From NCBI GenBank assembly GCA_963695945.1, contig CAVOIX010000072.1, forward strand, positions 12,374 to 76,373: a stretch of DNA of 64,000 bases. Reading direction: 5' to 3'. The notes under the pieces are model-generated. The model was not told the DNA's origin, searched no databases, and was given only the letters and a program-made list of their open reading frames with translations. Positions within the stretch are counted from its first letter, which is position 1; the number at the start of each line of letters is the position of its first letter. This DNA comes from an uncultured Acidobacteriota bacterium. Lineage in GTDB: Bacteria > Acidobacteriota > Terriglobia > Acidiferrales > UBA7541. A program made the translations under genes and the position numbers. Positions 20,287 through 31,716 of the stretch are shown one piece after another.

Positions 20287-20479
20287 CACGATGGGCCCTA
20301 TTAAAAACAGGAACACACCTTCCAGAAACTGGAGGGTGGGAAGTTGCGTCCCCCTTCCCTCGCTCGATCCGCACGCATTTTACTGACTTTGATGTGGTTA
20401 TTGCTCTGCGATAACTTATATAATTTGGTAGCGCGGTTGCACGGGACCTCGCAGTTCAGGAAGTAGCAGGAAGAGATCG

Positions 20480-23322
20480 GTGAGCGCGCCAGTCAACGAC
20501 AATTTACGGGTTCGGTTGGGCGCCGCCGTTCTCGCCTTGGCTACGCTGGCGGCGATTGTCTTTGGCATCATCAATTTTCAGCAGCGGGCCATGTTCACGA
20601 CGCCCGATGACGGTGTGGCATGGATCGAAGGACCGTCAGGGGTCGTGGCCTGGCATGTTTCGCCAAACTCTCCGGCGGCTAATGCCGGACTGCGAGCCGA
20701 TGATCAGGTAGTTGCAATCAATGGCGCGCCAGTCCACAGCCCGATCGACGTAACCAAGCGTATGTGGCGCATCGGCCTCTGGTCGATCGCCCATTACACG
20801 ATTGAGCGCGGCGGAAAAGAGTTTGAAGCTCAGCTTGTCATCCAGCCTGCGGCGCGGCCTTCTTCCATCGAAAATTATTTGAGCGTCGTCGGTGTCCTGT
20901 ATCTTTTCATCGGCCTGTTCATTTTCGCGCGGCGCTGGAACGCCACCCGCGCCGTACATTTCTATATTTTTTGCCTGGTGTCCTTCGTGCTGTACTCCTT
21001 CCAGTACACCGGGAAGCTCACGTCTTTCGACTGGGAAATTTATTGGGCGGCGATTGTAGCGAGGCTACTGCAGCCGGCTCTGCTGTTGCATTTTTCCCTG
21101 GTCTTTCCGGAGCGGCGACCGGTGGCTAAGGGGCGCGGCGCGATTCTGGGCGCAATTTACGGCATCCCTGCAATGCTTCTGGTAGTGCGCATCCTGGTTG
21201 CGCTTCGCGAATTGGGTTTCATGCCATCGATCGATGCGCGCAACACTCTTGACCGGCTCGATCTTGCGTACCTGGGAATCTACTTCCTCCTCGCGGCATT
21301 TGTTTTCGTGACCAGCTATCGCCGCGCATCGTCCGGAATTCTGCGACAGCAGTTGAAGTGGGTCACCGGGGGAGCGCTTGCCGGCATCGTGCCGTTTCTG
21401 CTCTTTTATATCGTGCCGTTTTTCCTGGGCGTGGTGCCGCGCCCGTGGATGAAGCTCTCGGCCATCTCCCTGGTGCTCATCCCGCTGAGTTTTGGCTACG
21501 CCATCATTCGCTACCGGTTGATGGACGTCGATATCATTTTCAAGCGAGGTCTCGCCTATACGGCCGCGAGCGGCGGCGTGGCCGCTGTGTACATCGCGAT
21601 TGTGGCGGTGATTGGCGCGCTGTTCCACACGGCCTGGCCCTCCGGAACCATGGGAGAAATCATTGCCATCGTGGTGGCCGCCTTCCTGTTCCAGCCGTTC
21701 CGCGACTGGATTCAGACGCGCCTCGATCGCTTTTTTTACCGGGACCGGCTGGACTATCGCCGCACGCTGATCGAATTTCGGACGCACGCTGACGTCGGAA
21801 GTGCGCCTCGACCCGATGCTGGCTTCGGTCATGGACCGTATATCGCAGGCGTTGCTCGTCGATCGCCTGGCCATTTTTATCGAGGATGAAGGCCATCCCG
21901 GCACCTATCGCCTGGCGCGGTCGGTTGGCGTGCGATTTGCCGGCGCCCTCGGATCTGAGTTTTCTGGATGCGGAAACCAAGCCCTTTGCGCAGGGCCTGC
22001 TGTTCTACGAATCGGCGCGAGCGGCCCGAGAAGCTTCTTCCTCGGTGCGCCAGACGCTGGAGCAGTTGAGCTGAATTACTTTATTCCCTGCCAGATTCGC
22101 GATCATGCGATTGCCGTGCTGGGGCTTGGCAAAACGGTGGACGGCGACTTCCTGTCCAGCGAAGACGTTGAATTGCTGCATCACCATCGCCGGTTACCTG
22201 GCCATCGCGCTGGACAATGCGCAGCTCTATAACTCGCTGGAACAAAAAGCGGCGCAAATCGAGCGGCTCAAGGATTTCTCGGAGAATATCGTCGAATCGT
22301 TCAATGTCGGCGTGCTGGCGGTGGATTTCAGCGGAGCGGTGGAATCCTGGAACACGCAACTGGAAGGATTGATCGGGGTCCCGCGCGAGGAAGCCGTGGG
22401 CCGCAAGCTGGAGGACGTGCTTCCGGCCGATCTGACGGCGGAAATTACGGCGCGCTCCGGCGACGAGCGCGTATCCAGCCTGTACAAATTTGCGATGCGT
22501 AACCGCGACGGCCGGAATCTGGTGGTCAACGTGTCCATTGCGCCGCTGGTAGGCAAATCGGGAGAGCGCATCGGCCGGCTGATTCTGTTCGACGACATGA
22601 CGCAGCGAATGCGCCTCGAAGAGCAGGTGTTCCAGAACGAGAAGCTGACCTCTCTGGGTTTGCTGGCCGCGGGCGTCGCGCATGAGGTCAATACGCCGCT
22701 CGCAGTGATCTCCAATTACATTCAGATGCTGGCCAAGCAGCTTCCCAGCGGCGATCCGCGCCAGCAACTGATCGAGAAAGTCGTCAAGCAGACTTTCCGC
22801 GCGAGCGAGATCGTCAACAATCTGCTGAATTTTTCGCGCACCGGCGCGTCCGAATTCACGGAAGTGGATTTGAATTCCGTGGTGGAAGAAGTGCTCACGC
22901 TGGTCGCGCATCCCTTCCGGACCGGCTCAAGTGCAGGTGACACAAAACCTGCAGCAGGAATTGCCCCCGGTGCTGGGCTCCAACAATAAGCTGCAGCAGG
23001 TTTTTCTGAATCTTTTTTGAACGCGCGCGACGCCATGCCGTCCGGCGGCATGGTCGAGGTGCGCACGGCGGCGCACAACGGGTCGGTCGAAATCGAAATC
23101 ATCGACAGCGGCGGGGGTATCCCGCGCGAAAATCTGCAACCGCATCTTCGATCCCTTCTTCACCACAAAATCCTACCGGGCGTGGCACGGGCCTGGGACT
23201 TTCCGTCAGTTACGGCATCGTCAAGGAGCACGCCGGGAAAGATGGACGTGCGCTCGACGCCAGGCAAGGGCACATCGTTCCGGCTGGAGTTCCCGGCCGC
23301 GCGGAAAGCGGTTCATGTCTAA
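20480..23322 (+). CDS. membrane sensor histidine kinase: PDZ-like, multi-TM, GAF, PAS, HisKA, HATPase (at least 9 frame breaks)
   Basis: ORF 20480.. has one TM, a PDZ-like segment (GVVAWHVSPNSPAANAGLRADDQVVAINGAPV), then about 8 TM helices. ORFs 21801../21886.. are GAF-like. ORF 22105.. has PAS plus the H-box AAGVAHEVNTPLAVISNY. ORF 23017.. has the N-box NARDAMPSGG. The G-box TGRGTGLGLSVSYGIVKEHAG is readable only after frame correction. Confidence 0.8.
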
Positions 23323-24791
23323 GGGCTCCATTCTAGTCGTTGACGACGAATCCGAAATTCGCGAGGGCCTGGAGCTGCTGCTCAACACTGGAAGGCTACT
23401 CCACATCGAGCGCCGAAACGGGCGAAGCCGGCCTGGCGATGCTGGAAGAAAAGCCGTTCGATCTTGTGCTGCTGGACGTCAGCCTCCCGGACCGCAATGG
23501 GCTCGAACTGCTGCGCGAAATCCGCCGGCGCGATCCGAAGCTTTCCGTGGTACTGATCACCGCGTACGGATCGATTGATATGGCGCGCGCCGCATTCAAG
23601 AGCGGAGCGCAGGATTACATCACCAAGCCCTGGTCCAACGACGAATTGCTGATGCAGGTGGCGCAGGCCGTCGAGGGCCGCCGCCTGCGCGAAGAAAACG
23701 TTCAGCTCAAGCGCGCGCTGAAGCAGCGTTACAATTTCCCGAACATCATCGGAAAGAGCGAAAAAATGTACGCGGTGCTTGACCTGGTGGCGCAGGTGGC
23801 GCCTTCGCGCTCCACGGTTTTGATTCATGGCGAAAGCGGAACCGGCAAAGAATTGATCGCCAAGGCCATTCACTCCGCATCCGCGCGCGCCGACAAACCG
23901 TTCGTGCCCATCAACACGGGCTCGATTCCCGTGGACCTGCTGGAATCGCAGCTGTTCGGCCATGTGAAGGGCGCCTTCACCAGCGCCGTCGCTTCGAAGA
24001 AAGGGCTTGTTCGAAGTCGCCGATCAGGGCACGATTTTCTTCGATGAAATTTCCACCATCGGTCCGGAAACCCAGGCCAAGCTGCTGCGCGTGATCCAGG
24101 AGCGCGAATTCATGCGCCTGGGCGGCACGGAAACGATCAAGGTCGATGTTCGCATCATCGCCGCCTGCAACGTCCAGCTGATCAATCTGGTTCGCGAAGG
24201 CCGCTTCCGCGAGGATCTTTATCATCGCTTGAACGTGATTGCTGTTCCGCTGCCGCCCCTTCGCGAGCGGAAGGAAGATGTACCGCTGCTGCTGGATCAT
24301 TTCCTGCGCAAATTTTCCGAGGAAAATAAACGGCCGGTCGGGCGTTTCAGTCCAGGGGCGCTGCGATTGCTGGTGGATTACGAGTGGCCGGGCAATGTGC
24401 GCGAACTGGAAAACGTGGTGGAGCGGGCGGTGGTCCTTTCTTCGCAGGAACTGCTGGAGGTGGAACTATTGCCGGAGAGCGTGAGGACCAGGGAACTGGT
24501 GGGCGGCGTCCGGCTGCAACTCGCGGAATTATGCCGCCGCTTCCCGGCGAACACGGATCGCGCAGCGGCGCGGACAGCGCAAGGAATTCCCTATTTCAGA
24601 TCATGGACGAGATTGAGCGGCGCGTAATTTGCGACATGCTTGAGCGCACCGAATGGAATCAAACCGAAGCGGCGGAAAATTTTCACATTCCGCTTTCCAC
24701 GCTGAATCAGAAAATCAAGCGGCTGGGCATCGAAGTGCGCCGCCGGCGGAATCCGCGCGCGACGAGAATCCTCGGCTTCCGCGGCGGGTAA
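23315..24791 (+). CDS. sigma-54-dependent response regulator (NtrC family; 3 frame breaks near 23390, 24005 and 24560)
   Basis: REC domain (ILVVDDESEIREGLELLL, LVLLDVSLPD). AAA+ domain (VLIHGESGTGKELIAKAIH, the GAFTSA version of the GAFTGA sigma-54 contact loop, IFFDEI, RFREDLYHRLNV). C-terminal HTH (NQTEAAENFHIPLSTLNQKIKRLGI). The start overlaps the kinase stop by 8 nt. Confidence 0.85.
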
Positions 24792-24803
24792 CCGAGGGGT
24801 TTC

Positions 24804-24875
24804 GTAGCACAAACTTCAGTCAGTGGGGTCCAGTTCTCGCAAGGTACGGAATCCTCACAGGCTGAAGCCTGTGCT
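24804..24875. repeat. inverted pair of family-A REP-like hairpins
   Basis: gtagcacaaacttcagtcagtgggg, about 25 nt, then tcacaggctgaagcctgtgctac. Confidence 0.7.
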
Positions 24876-24895
24876 ACTGATGGCCCGCATCGCCT

Positions 24896-25421
24896 TCAAG
24901 ATTTCCGATTATCTCTGACCACTGCGTCCTTCAGTTGCGCGCCGTCCAGTTTCACGTCGGTCAAATCGATTTCGCGGAAACTGGCGAGCGCCAGGTCCGA
25001 GCCGGAAAAATCCGCGCCACGCAGATTCGCCTGGCGCAGAACCGTGCCGCGCAGAATCGTTTTGTGCAATTTCGCGGAGCGCAGATCGCCGCGAAACAGT
25101 TCCGTGCCGCTCAAATCGGCTTCGCTCAAATCCGCGCCTTCGAGCATGGTCTCCGTAAAATCGCAGTTCCGTAGATCCGCCTTACGCATGTCGGCGCGGC
25201 TCAAATCGGCGTGGCTCGAGTTTGGCTCCCCGCAGATCCGCTTTTCGCAGATTGCTGCCTGCCAGGTTGGCCCCGGTCAGATCGCGCTTCTTCAAATCCT
25301 GACCGGAAAGATCGGCGCCCGACAGATCGGCACGCTCCCCGCCCGGATGTCCCTTATGGAATTTCTCATGGGCCTCAAGAATGTCTTTCAGTTTCTTGCC
25401 TTTGTGTCGAATGGGATCCAC
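24896..25421 (-). CDS. pentapeptide repeat protein (one frame break near 25200)
   Basis: ORFs 25182..25421 and 24896..25204 both consist of A(D/N)LxG-type pentapeptide repeats ([38 protein letters not shown]...[28 protein letters not shown]). Confidence 0.8.
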
Positions 25422-25548
25422 CTTCCTCGCCCGGCCAAATTGCCGGGGAATCGCGCCCGTGGCCCGATGGCTTGCGCCAAATCAATTCAAGTGAGCTTCC
25501 ATTCTACAGAAATCGGCGAGACGCGCAAACCTGTGATAAGTTTGGCGT

Positions 25549-26601
25549 GTGATGACACTGGTCGAAAAAATCAAGGCCCGGGCGCGCGCGTGTCCTCAGC
25601 ACATCGTGCTTCCGGAGGGAGAAGATCCGCGTGTCGTTTGCGCAGCTGCGGCTATCGCGCGTGAAGGCTACGCGAAAATCACGCTTCTCGGCCGGAGACC
25701 GGGCATTACTTCGACTGCCTCGGATCTTCGTGTGTCGCTGGATGGCGTGATGATCGAAGATCCCGCGGCCAGTTTGCGCGCGGAGGCCTACGCCCAAATT
25801 TGTTACGAACGCCGGCGCGCCCGGGGCACTACGCTCGACGAAGCGAGAGAAATCGCACGCCGACCGCTGTATTTCGCGGCCCTGAGTGTCGCTGCGGGGG
25901 ATGCCGACGGAACCGTGGGAGGCGCGGCCAATACCACGGGCGAAACCGTGCGCGCCGCCTTGCATTCGATCGGCCTGGCGCCGGATGCCAAACTGGTATC
26001 CAGCTTTTTTGTCATGATCATTCCGGAGCGGCCCGGCGTGGAACTGGGAACTACGGGTGCTCTATTCTTTGCCGATTGCGCGGTGGTGCCGGATCCCAAT
26101 CCCGAGGAACTGGCAGAAATCGCGCGCGCCACGGCGGAAAATGCGCGGTCGATTCTGGATGCCGAGCCGCGAGTTGCATTGCTCTCGTTTTCCACCAAGG
26201 GCTCCGCGAATCACCCGCGGGTCGAAAAAGTCAGGGAGGCATTGCGCATTCTGAAGGCACGCGCTCCAGAACTGGCGGCGGATGGCGAGCTGCAGGTGGA
26301 TGCGGCGCTGGTGCCGCGCGTGGCAAATTCAAAAGCCCCTGGCTCGCTCGTCGGAGGCCATGCCAATGTGCTGATCTTTCCGGATTTGGATGCCGGCAAC
26401 ATCTCCTACAAACTTGTCGAGCGCCTGGGCGGCGCGCAAGCTCTCGGGCCGATCCTGCAGGGGCTGGACCGTCCAGCGAACGATCTTTCGCGGGGGTGTT
26501 CAGCGGAGGATATCGTAAACGTTGTGGCCTTCACCGCATTACAGGCGATCGCGCGGAAAGAAAAGACTTTGGAACCACAGATGAACGCTGATAAACGCTG
26601 A
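25549..26601 (+). CDS. pta: phosphate acetyltransferase
   Basis: 350 aa with ...[30 protein letters not shown]...[20 protein letters not shown]...[13 protein letters not shown]...[18 protein letters not shown]. The last 10 codons lie in a family-C repeat. Confidence 0.85.
   Translation: MMTLVEKIKARARACPQHIVLPEGEDPRVVCAAAAIAREGYAKITLLGRRPGITSTASDLRVSLDGVMIEDPAASLRAEAYAQICYERRRARGTTLDEAREIARRPLYFAALSVAAGDADGTVGGAANTTGETVRAALHSIGLAPDAKLVSSFFVMIIPERPGVELGTTGALFFADCAVVPDPNPEELAEIARATAENARSILDAEPRVALLSFSTKGSANHPRVEKVREALRILKARAPELAADGELQVDAALVPRVANSKAPGSLVGGHANVLIFPDLDAGNISYKLVERLGGAQALGPILQGLDRPANDLSRGCSAEDIVNVVAFTALQAIARKEKTLEPQMNADKR
26571..26601 (+). repeat. family-C repeat copy
   Basis: ggaaccacagatgaacgctgataaacgctga. 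Related to ggaaccacggatgcgcacggatcaac at 30788. Confidence 0.5.
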
Positions 26602-26643
26602 GAAAAGAAGAAGCAAGCGCGTCGAGTTTGCGGAATTAGATTT

Positions 26644-27645
26644 ATGTTCAGACGATATCGCAATTCGCATCGTTCCTTCGTTTTATTTCTTTTGTCTTTT
26701 TCGGTGTTGACCTGCGCTCATCTGTGCATAAATTCCGCCTCCGCATTTGCCCAGGAGGCCAGGGATCAGGAAGTGGCGGTGAATTTGGCCGAAGGGCGCG
26801 CCGTGATTTGCGCCACGAAGGATGCGATCATCCTGGCGGCCATGGACACGCGGGGCGAAGCTGGTTCGTTGCCGCCGGGGATCACCATCCTTTCCGCGGA
26901 CCGCATCGGCGTGATGCTGGGAGCCGTCGAATGGGTGCTGCCGGATTCCAAGGACCAGCCCGTTCGACTCGACGGTGAATTTACCAAGCTCGTCGCGGCG
27001 GCTCTGAATACCGGCGGGCAGAAAGACGAAGGTTTCCGCGCGAGCGACATCGAGTCCATCGGAATCGCGGTGCTCGAGCGGGTTCGCGTGCTGGCCGGGC
27101 AATTTCACCACAAGATCAGCCTGCGCGAGGATGAACCGCTGATTCGCATCGTCATCGCGGGATATTTGAAGGATTACGGTCCCGAGGCCTGGGCCATCGA
27201 CTACCACATCGAGCAGGACGCACTGGGTAACGATATCTGGCGGACGCGGGTCTTGCGGCCGAGCTACAACCAGCTTTATCCTCCGGAAAAGGGAATGCCG
27301 AAAACGCTGATGGAAGTGCGCTATCCTCCGGAGAATCGCGCCACCGCTGAACCGGAGCTTCTGGACCTCCTGCACCAGAATGACGAGCGGGTGGCGAAGT
27401 TGCGCGTGACGACCGAGCTCGAAGCGAAATCTTTGACGCTGGTGGTGGACGGGCAGAGCCAGAAATCCGATGCCGCGAGCGTGGTAACTTTCCTGAAGGC
27501 TGCATTGCCGGCGATTACTCCGCCGGAGACGAAGCTTACAATGGCGAAGGTAGATTACGATGCCGGGTTCCAGTGGATCCTCCAACCGCCGAAGGCTCCC
27601 GCTCCTCCTCCTGGCGAACTCCCGGACAAAACCGAACGAGAATGA
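26644..27645 (+). CDS. hypothetical secreted protein
   Basis: 333-aa ORF with a signal peptide (SFVLFLLSFSVLTCAHLCINSASAFA). I recognise no family. Confidence 0.55.
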   Translation: MFRRYRNSHRSFVLFLLSFSVLTCAHLCINSASAFAQEARDQEVAVNLAEGRAVICATKDAIILAAMDTRGEAGSLPPGITILSADRIGVMLGAVEWVLPDSKDQPVRLDGEFTKLVAAALNTGGQKDEGFRASDIESIGIAVLERVRVLAGQFHHKISLREDEPLIRIVIAGYLKDYGPEAWAIDYHIEQDALGNDIWRTRVLRPSYNQLYPPEKGMPKTLMEVRYPPENRATAEPELLDLLHQNDERVAKLRVTTELEAKSLTLVVDGQSQKSDAASVVTFLKAALPAITPPETKLTMAKVDYDAGFQWILQPPKAPAPPPGELPDKTERE

Positions 27646-27713
27646 TCGCCGGAGGAGCCTGAACGGCCCACGCTCCGGCACAAGTCCGAAAATTAATCCC
27701 AGGAAAATAAAAA

Positions 27714-28708
27714 ATGAGTTCATCGCCACAATCATCAATGGAAAAGACGGAAAAGCCCAAAGAAGTCACGATCCGGTTGTTGCGCGAGGCCGACCTTGCG
27801 GAGGCGGATCGAATCATGCGGCTGGCGTTCGGCACGTTTCTCGGGATGCCCGAACCGTTGAAATTCATGGGAGACGCGGACTACGTGAGGTCGCGCTGGC
27901 GCGCGGAACCTACGGCCGCGTTCGGCGCTGAGATTGGCGGGGAACTGATCGGAACAAACTTCGCCACACGGTGGGGAAGCGTCGGCTTTTTCGGGCCGCT
28001 CACCATCCGTCCGGATTATTGGGATCGCGGCATTGCCCAGAAGCTGCTTCGTCCCACCATGGAATTATTTGACAGATGGGGCGTGCGCCACGCCGGACTG
28101 TTTACGTTTGCGGACAGCACCAAGCATGTGAACCTCTATCAGAAATTCGGATTCTGGCCGCGTTTTCTTACCTCGCTCATGGAAATCGCAATTCCCGAGG
28201 AGGCGCCTGCCGCGGCAAAGCGATGGGCCAGGTTCAGCGATCTTTTCGCGGGCGACAAGGAGCTTTGTATCCAGGCCTGCAAAAAGCTGACCCATTCCAT
28301 CTACGATGGCCTTGATGTGCAACGGGAGATTCGCGCGGTCGATCGCCAGCGCCTGGGCGATACCCTGCTGACCTGGGGCGGCGGCGAACTGTCCGGATTC
28401 GCGGTGTGCCACGCGGGAGCGGGAACGGAAGCGGGCAGTGAGAAAGTGCTACATCAAATTTGCCGCTGTGCGCAGCGGTCCCAATGCCGCGCACGAATTT
28501 CGCCGCATGCTCGATGCTGCTGCGAATTCGCACGATCGCGCGGAGCGAGAATGCTTATCCGCCGGCGTGAATTTCGCGCGCCTGGACGCCTATCACGAAA
28601 TGCTTGACGCAGGTTTCCGCGCCCGCAGGCAAGGCGTGGTGATGGAACAAAATGGCGACGCCTGGCTACAACCGCTCTGAAGTGTTTTTAATTGATGACT
28701 GGCGGTAG
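27714..28708 (+). CDS. GNAT family N-acetyltransferase with C-terminal extension (about 4 frame breaks, 28440-28650)
   Basis: ORF 27714.. has TIRLLREADLAEADRIMRLAF...FFGPLTIRPDYWDRGIAQKLL (acetyl-CoA site region). It continues KCYIKFAAVRSGPNAAHEFRRMLDAA / EFARSRGARMLI / AGVNFARLDAYHEMLDAGFRA in alternating frames. A plausible end, ...YNRSEVFLIDDWR, reaches a TAG at 28706-28708. Confidence 0.6.
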
Positions 28709-28723
28709 CAACAGGATCCGGGG

Positions 28724-29609
28724 CTAGGGAGTTCGCGATGTTCTCGGCGGGTTTCGTTCTCGGCTGGACTTGCAGCGGCCGGCGCGTCCGCAGCGGGCCC
28801 ACTGTCGGCCGGCGTGAAATCGCTCCACTTCACAATCACGCGAATCGGGACGCTGGCGTCGCCCGCTTGAATGGTTTCGTCAGAGCGGGAGTAGGAGGGG
28901 AACCATAGATTTTTGCCGACTTGCTGGCGGTAGGTCTCAAAAACGGTGAATGGCAGGTCCGAAGCCGTAACGTCGCCGAGACTCGGTGACCCACTTACCC
29001 ATGCTCTTTACGATTACGAAATCCTGAACGTCCACCCACACCACGCCGGAAAAATAGGCATGAGCGCGTTCCACGGCGCGCGGTTTGATCGTGAAATAGT
29101 ACGCGTTCAGTTCGTCGAGCGGCTGCTTGCCGCCGAAAGTGATTTCGTATTTCGGGAAGCATGGCGGTGGTCAGCGGGAACATCGGCGTCGGAGCCAGAA
29201 GATCGGAATCGCCTCGCTGGAGATCCAGATAATGCAGCGTAGAGGGCTGGCGGCTTACCGGCTTTTCGAACATCTTGCCGTCGGGAGCAATTCGCAATTG
29301 CGTGACGATTTCCAGCTGGCCTGTGGATTTGTTGCCCGGTCCGATCTCCTGGATGCGCACATCTTTCTGAAACGTGTAACCCTTGATCGCGCGCACCATT
29401 TCATCTTCTTTGGCCGCGAACCTGCGGATGATTTCGTCCGGCGGCAGGATCAGGGGTTCAGGCTTGGCGGCTGGCGGAGGTGTAGGGAACTTTGTGGATT
29501 CCGGCGGCTGCATCGGTCCGGTGGATTGGGCTCGCAATGCACCAGGGGCGATGGCGAAAGCCACGACAAAGCCGCACAGCGCAGCGATTATTTTGATCTT
29601 TGAAATCAT
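28724..29609 (-). CDS. hypothetical secreted protein, possibly LolA-like (at least 3 frame breaks; 3' end uncertain)
   Basis: ORF 28995..29699 trimmed to MISKIKIIAALCGFVVAFAIAPGALRA (signal peptide). My frame-corrected continuation is ...MLPKYEITFGGKQPLDELNAYYFTIKPRAVERAHAYFSGVVWVDVQDFVIVKSMGKWV...LWFPSYSRSDETIQAGDASVPIRVIVKWSDFTPAD. Confidence 0.45.
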
Positions 29610-29721
29610 GCCGATTGCTTCCATTCCTTGGATGCGACTTCCGGCTGTTGTGCAGCATGGATTTGTGAAAAATCCAGTGAGCCGATCTTGCTGCGGCAAT
29701 AGTGTATCGCGGAGGGACCTC

Positions 29722-29802
29722 GCAGGACAGGCTTCAGCCTGACTGGTTTAGATGCATTGACTCGCGCGGATCTGAACCTGACAGGCGGAAGCCTATCCTA
29801 CC
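29722..29802. repeat. pair of family-A REP-like hairpins
   Basis: gcaggacaggcttcagcctgactgg, about 30 nt, then cctgacaggcggaagcctatcctacc. Confidence 0.7.
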
Positions 29803-29892
29803 AGTCTCGCAGATTCCATCCCGCGGGCGCTTCTCGTTTGCTACAATCGCGCGGCTGCAAAAAATGTTTCTTTGCGAAGTGTTGCCGTGGGG

Positions 29893-30174
29893 ATGCTGGC
29901 CAAGCGATTTTTCGTTTCCGGCAGGGTGCAAGGGGTGGGGTTTCGCTTTTTCGCGGAGCGAGCCGCAGCCAACCCGGGTGTCAGCGGATACGTTCGAAAT
30001 CTCTATGACGGGCGCGTGGAAGTCTACGCCATGGGCAGCGCCGAGCAGTTGGAGGCGCTGAAAAGCGCGCTGCAACGCGGCCCGCGCATGGCCCATGTGG
30101 ATCGCGTGGACGAAGAAGACGCCCCGATCCTACCGCAATATGCGAATGGTTTTTTTATAGAGAATGACGAGTGA
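29893..30174 (+). CDS. acyP: acylphosphatase
   Basis: ORF 29872.. trimmed to ATG 29893. VSGRVQGVGFRFFAERAA...GYVRNLYDGRVEVYAMG is the acylphosphatase signature. Confidence 0.85.
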   Translation: MLAKRFFVSGRVQGVGFRFFAERAAANPGVSGYVRNLYDGRVEVYAMGSAEQLEALKSALQRGPRMAHVDRVDEEDAPILPQYANGFFIENDE

Positions 30175-30252
30175 ATTTGGCCATAAAGCGCAGTCGGGAT
30201 CGAAGCGATCCTTAAGATTCAGCAATCCATCTGGAAAGGCGGAGCAGGCGGA

Positions 30253-30774
30253 ATGAACCATTTGAAGGAATTTATCCGGGAAGTTCCTGATTACCCGAAG
30301 CCGGGGATTCTCTTTTACGATCTGACTACATTGCTGAAGAACCCGGGCGCGTTTCACAGTCTGGTCGATGAATTGTGCGACCACTATGCCGGCCAAAAAG
30401 TGGATGCCGTCGTTGGGATCGAGGCGCGCGGATTTATTTTGGCGCCGGCGCTGGCCTACCGGCTGAATGCGGGGTTTGTTCCCGTGAGGAAACCAAAAAA
30501 GCTGCCCTCGAAAGCGGTCTCGGTGACGTATCAGCTGGAATACGGCACGGATACGCTGGAAATTCACGAAGACGCGATCAAGCCCGGCCAAAGCGTGCTG
30601 ATCAGCGACGATCTACTCGCCACCGGAGGTACCGCCGCAGCCACGGTTGCGCTGGTGCAAAAGCTGGGCGGCAAAGTGGTGGGAGCGTCTTTCGCCGTGG
30701 AGCTCACCTTCCTAAATGGCCGAGCCAAGCTGCCGGGAATCGACGTTTTCACCATGATTCAATACGATAAGTAG
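30253..30774 (+). CDS. apt: adenine phosphoribosyltransferase
   Basis: 173 aa with [21 protein letters not shown]...[16 protein letters not shown]...[16 protein letters not shown] (PRPP-binding motif). Confidence 0.9.
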   Translation: MNHLKEFIREVPDYPKPGILFYDLTTLLKNPGAFHSLVDELCDHYAGQKVDAVVGIEARGFILAPALAYRLNAGFVPVRKPKKLPSKAVSVTYQLEYGTDTLEIHEDAIKPGQSVLISDDLLATGGTAAATVALVQKLGGKVVGASFAVELTFLNGRAKLPGIDVFTMIQYDK

Positions 30775-30787
30775 GAAATAAAACTTT

Positions 30788-30941
30788 GGAACCACGGATG
30801 CGCACGGATCAACAAGAATCAACGTGGATAAAGAAATAACGATCAGTCCGTGAGATTAGAAGACTGCCGACACTACGTCCCAATCGTTTTTCTTTCTTTG
30901 TTTGCTGTTATCCGTGTTCAACTGTGTGCATCCGTGGTTAC
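30788..30941. repeat. family-C inverted-repeat element (about 150 bp) between convergent apt and rlmB
   Basis: Left arm ggaaccacggatgcgcacggatc (30788-30810). Right arm, read as the reverse complement of 30908-30941, is gtaaccacggatgcacacagttgaacacggataa. The rlmB stop lies inside the right arm. Confidence 0.55.
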
Positions 30942-31680
30942 ACTCCGCTGGCTGCCGCGCTGGCGGACTACCTCAAATAGAACCACTCCGGCAGCAACCG
31001 ATACGTTGAGCGCGCGAACTGGACCTACGGTGGGAATTGAAACCAGGAAATCGCAGCGCTCACGCACCAGCGCGTGCAAGCCTTTGCCTTCGCCGCCCAG
31101 GACAATCCCCACCGGAACCTTGAAATCTGCTTCGGTGTGCCGTTGCTCGGCACGCTCGTCCAGTCCCACCAGCCAGTAGCCCGCTTCCTTCAGCTCTTCC
31201 ATGGCGCGGGAAAGATTGGTGACGCGCGACACCGGCAAATGCGCGAGCGCTCCGGCGGATGCGCGCGCCACAGTTTCCGTCAGTCCCGCCGCGCGCCTTT
31301 CGGGAATGACTACTCCCTGCGCGTCGGCCGCGAGCGAAGTACGAACGATGGCGCCGAGATTTTGCGGATCTTCGACCCCATCGAGCAAGACCAGCAATCC
31401 CGGAGCGCTTCCCGCTGGCCGCGGCTTCAGCAAATCGTAAAAATTCGCTACCGGCGTAGGAAGCCACGAACGCAACCACGCCCTGGTGTTCGCGAGTTCC
31501 GGCGGCGCGATCGACCTGCGAGCGCTCTTCGAATCGCACAGGCACATCCATCTTGCGCGCGAGGCGCACCAACTCCTCGATGCGGTTGCCGTGCGTGCCC
31601 TTGGCGATCAGCACAGAATCGAGCGGGCGGTTGGCCTCCAGCGCTTCGCGCACCGCGTGGATTCCGGTTAGACGGTCCAT
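30918..31680 (-). CDS. rlmB: 23S rRNA (guanosine-2'-O)-methyltransferase RlmB / TrmH family (one frame break near 31450)
   Basis: N-terminal part from ORF 31060..31764 starting at MDRLTGIHAVREALEANRPL (ATG 31680). SpoU domain from ORF 30918..31547 (LLVLLDGVEDPQNLGAIVRTS...IVLGGEGKGLHALVRERCDFLVSIP...LNVSVAAGVVLFE). Confidence 0.8.
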
Positions 31681-31716
31681 GTCTCGATGGATCTCCTTTT
31701 TATCGGCGGCAATTCC

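Noticed and set aside
20396-20424. Perfect TATAAT (20419-20424) upstream of the histidine kinase as a promoter
   Set aside because: No acceptable -35 hexamer lies at 16-18 nt spacing (the best is TGGTTA/GGTTAT). A single AT-rich hexamer in an intergenic region is not enough.
26644-27645. Proteasome/Ntn-hydrolase-like N-terminus (GRAVICATKDAIILAAMDTRGEAGS) in the secreted hypothetical protein
   Set aside because: The resemblance is limited to one short strand-turn-strand-like stretch, and no catalytic N-terminal Thr/Ser/Cys context can be shown. Kept as a plain hypothetical.
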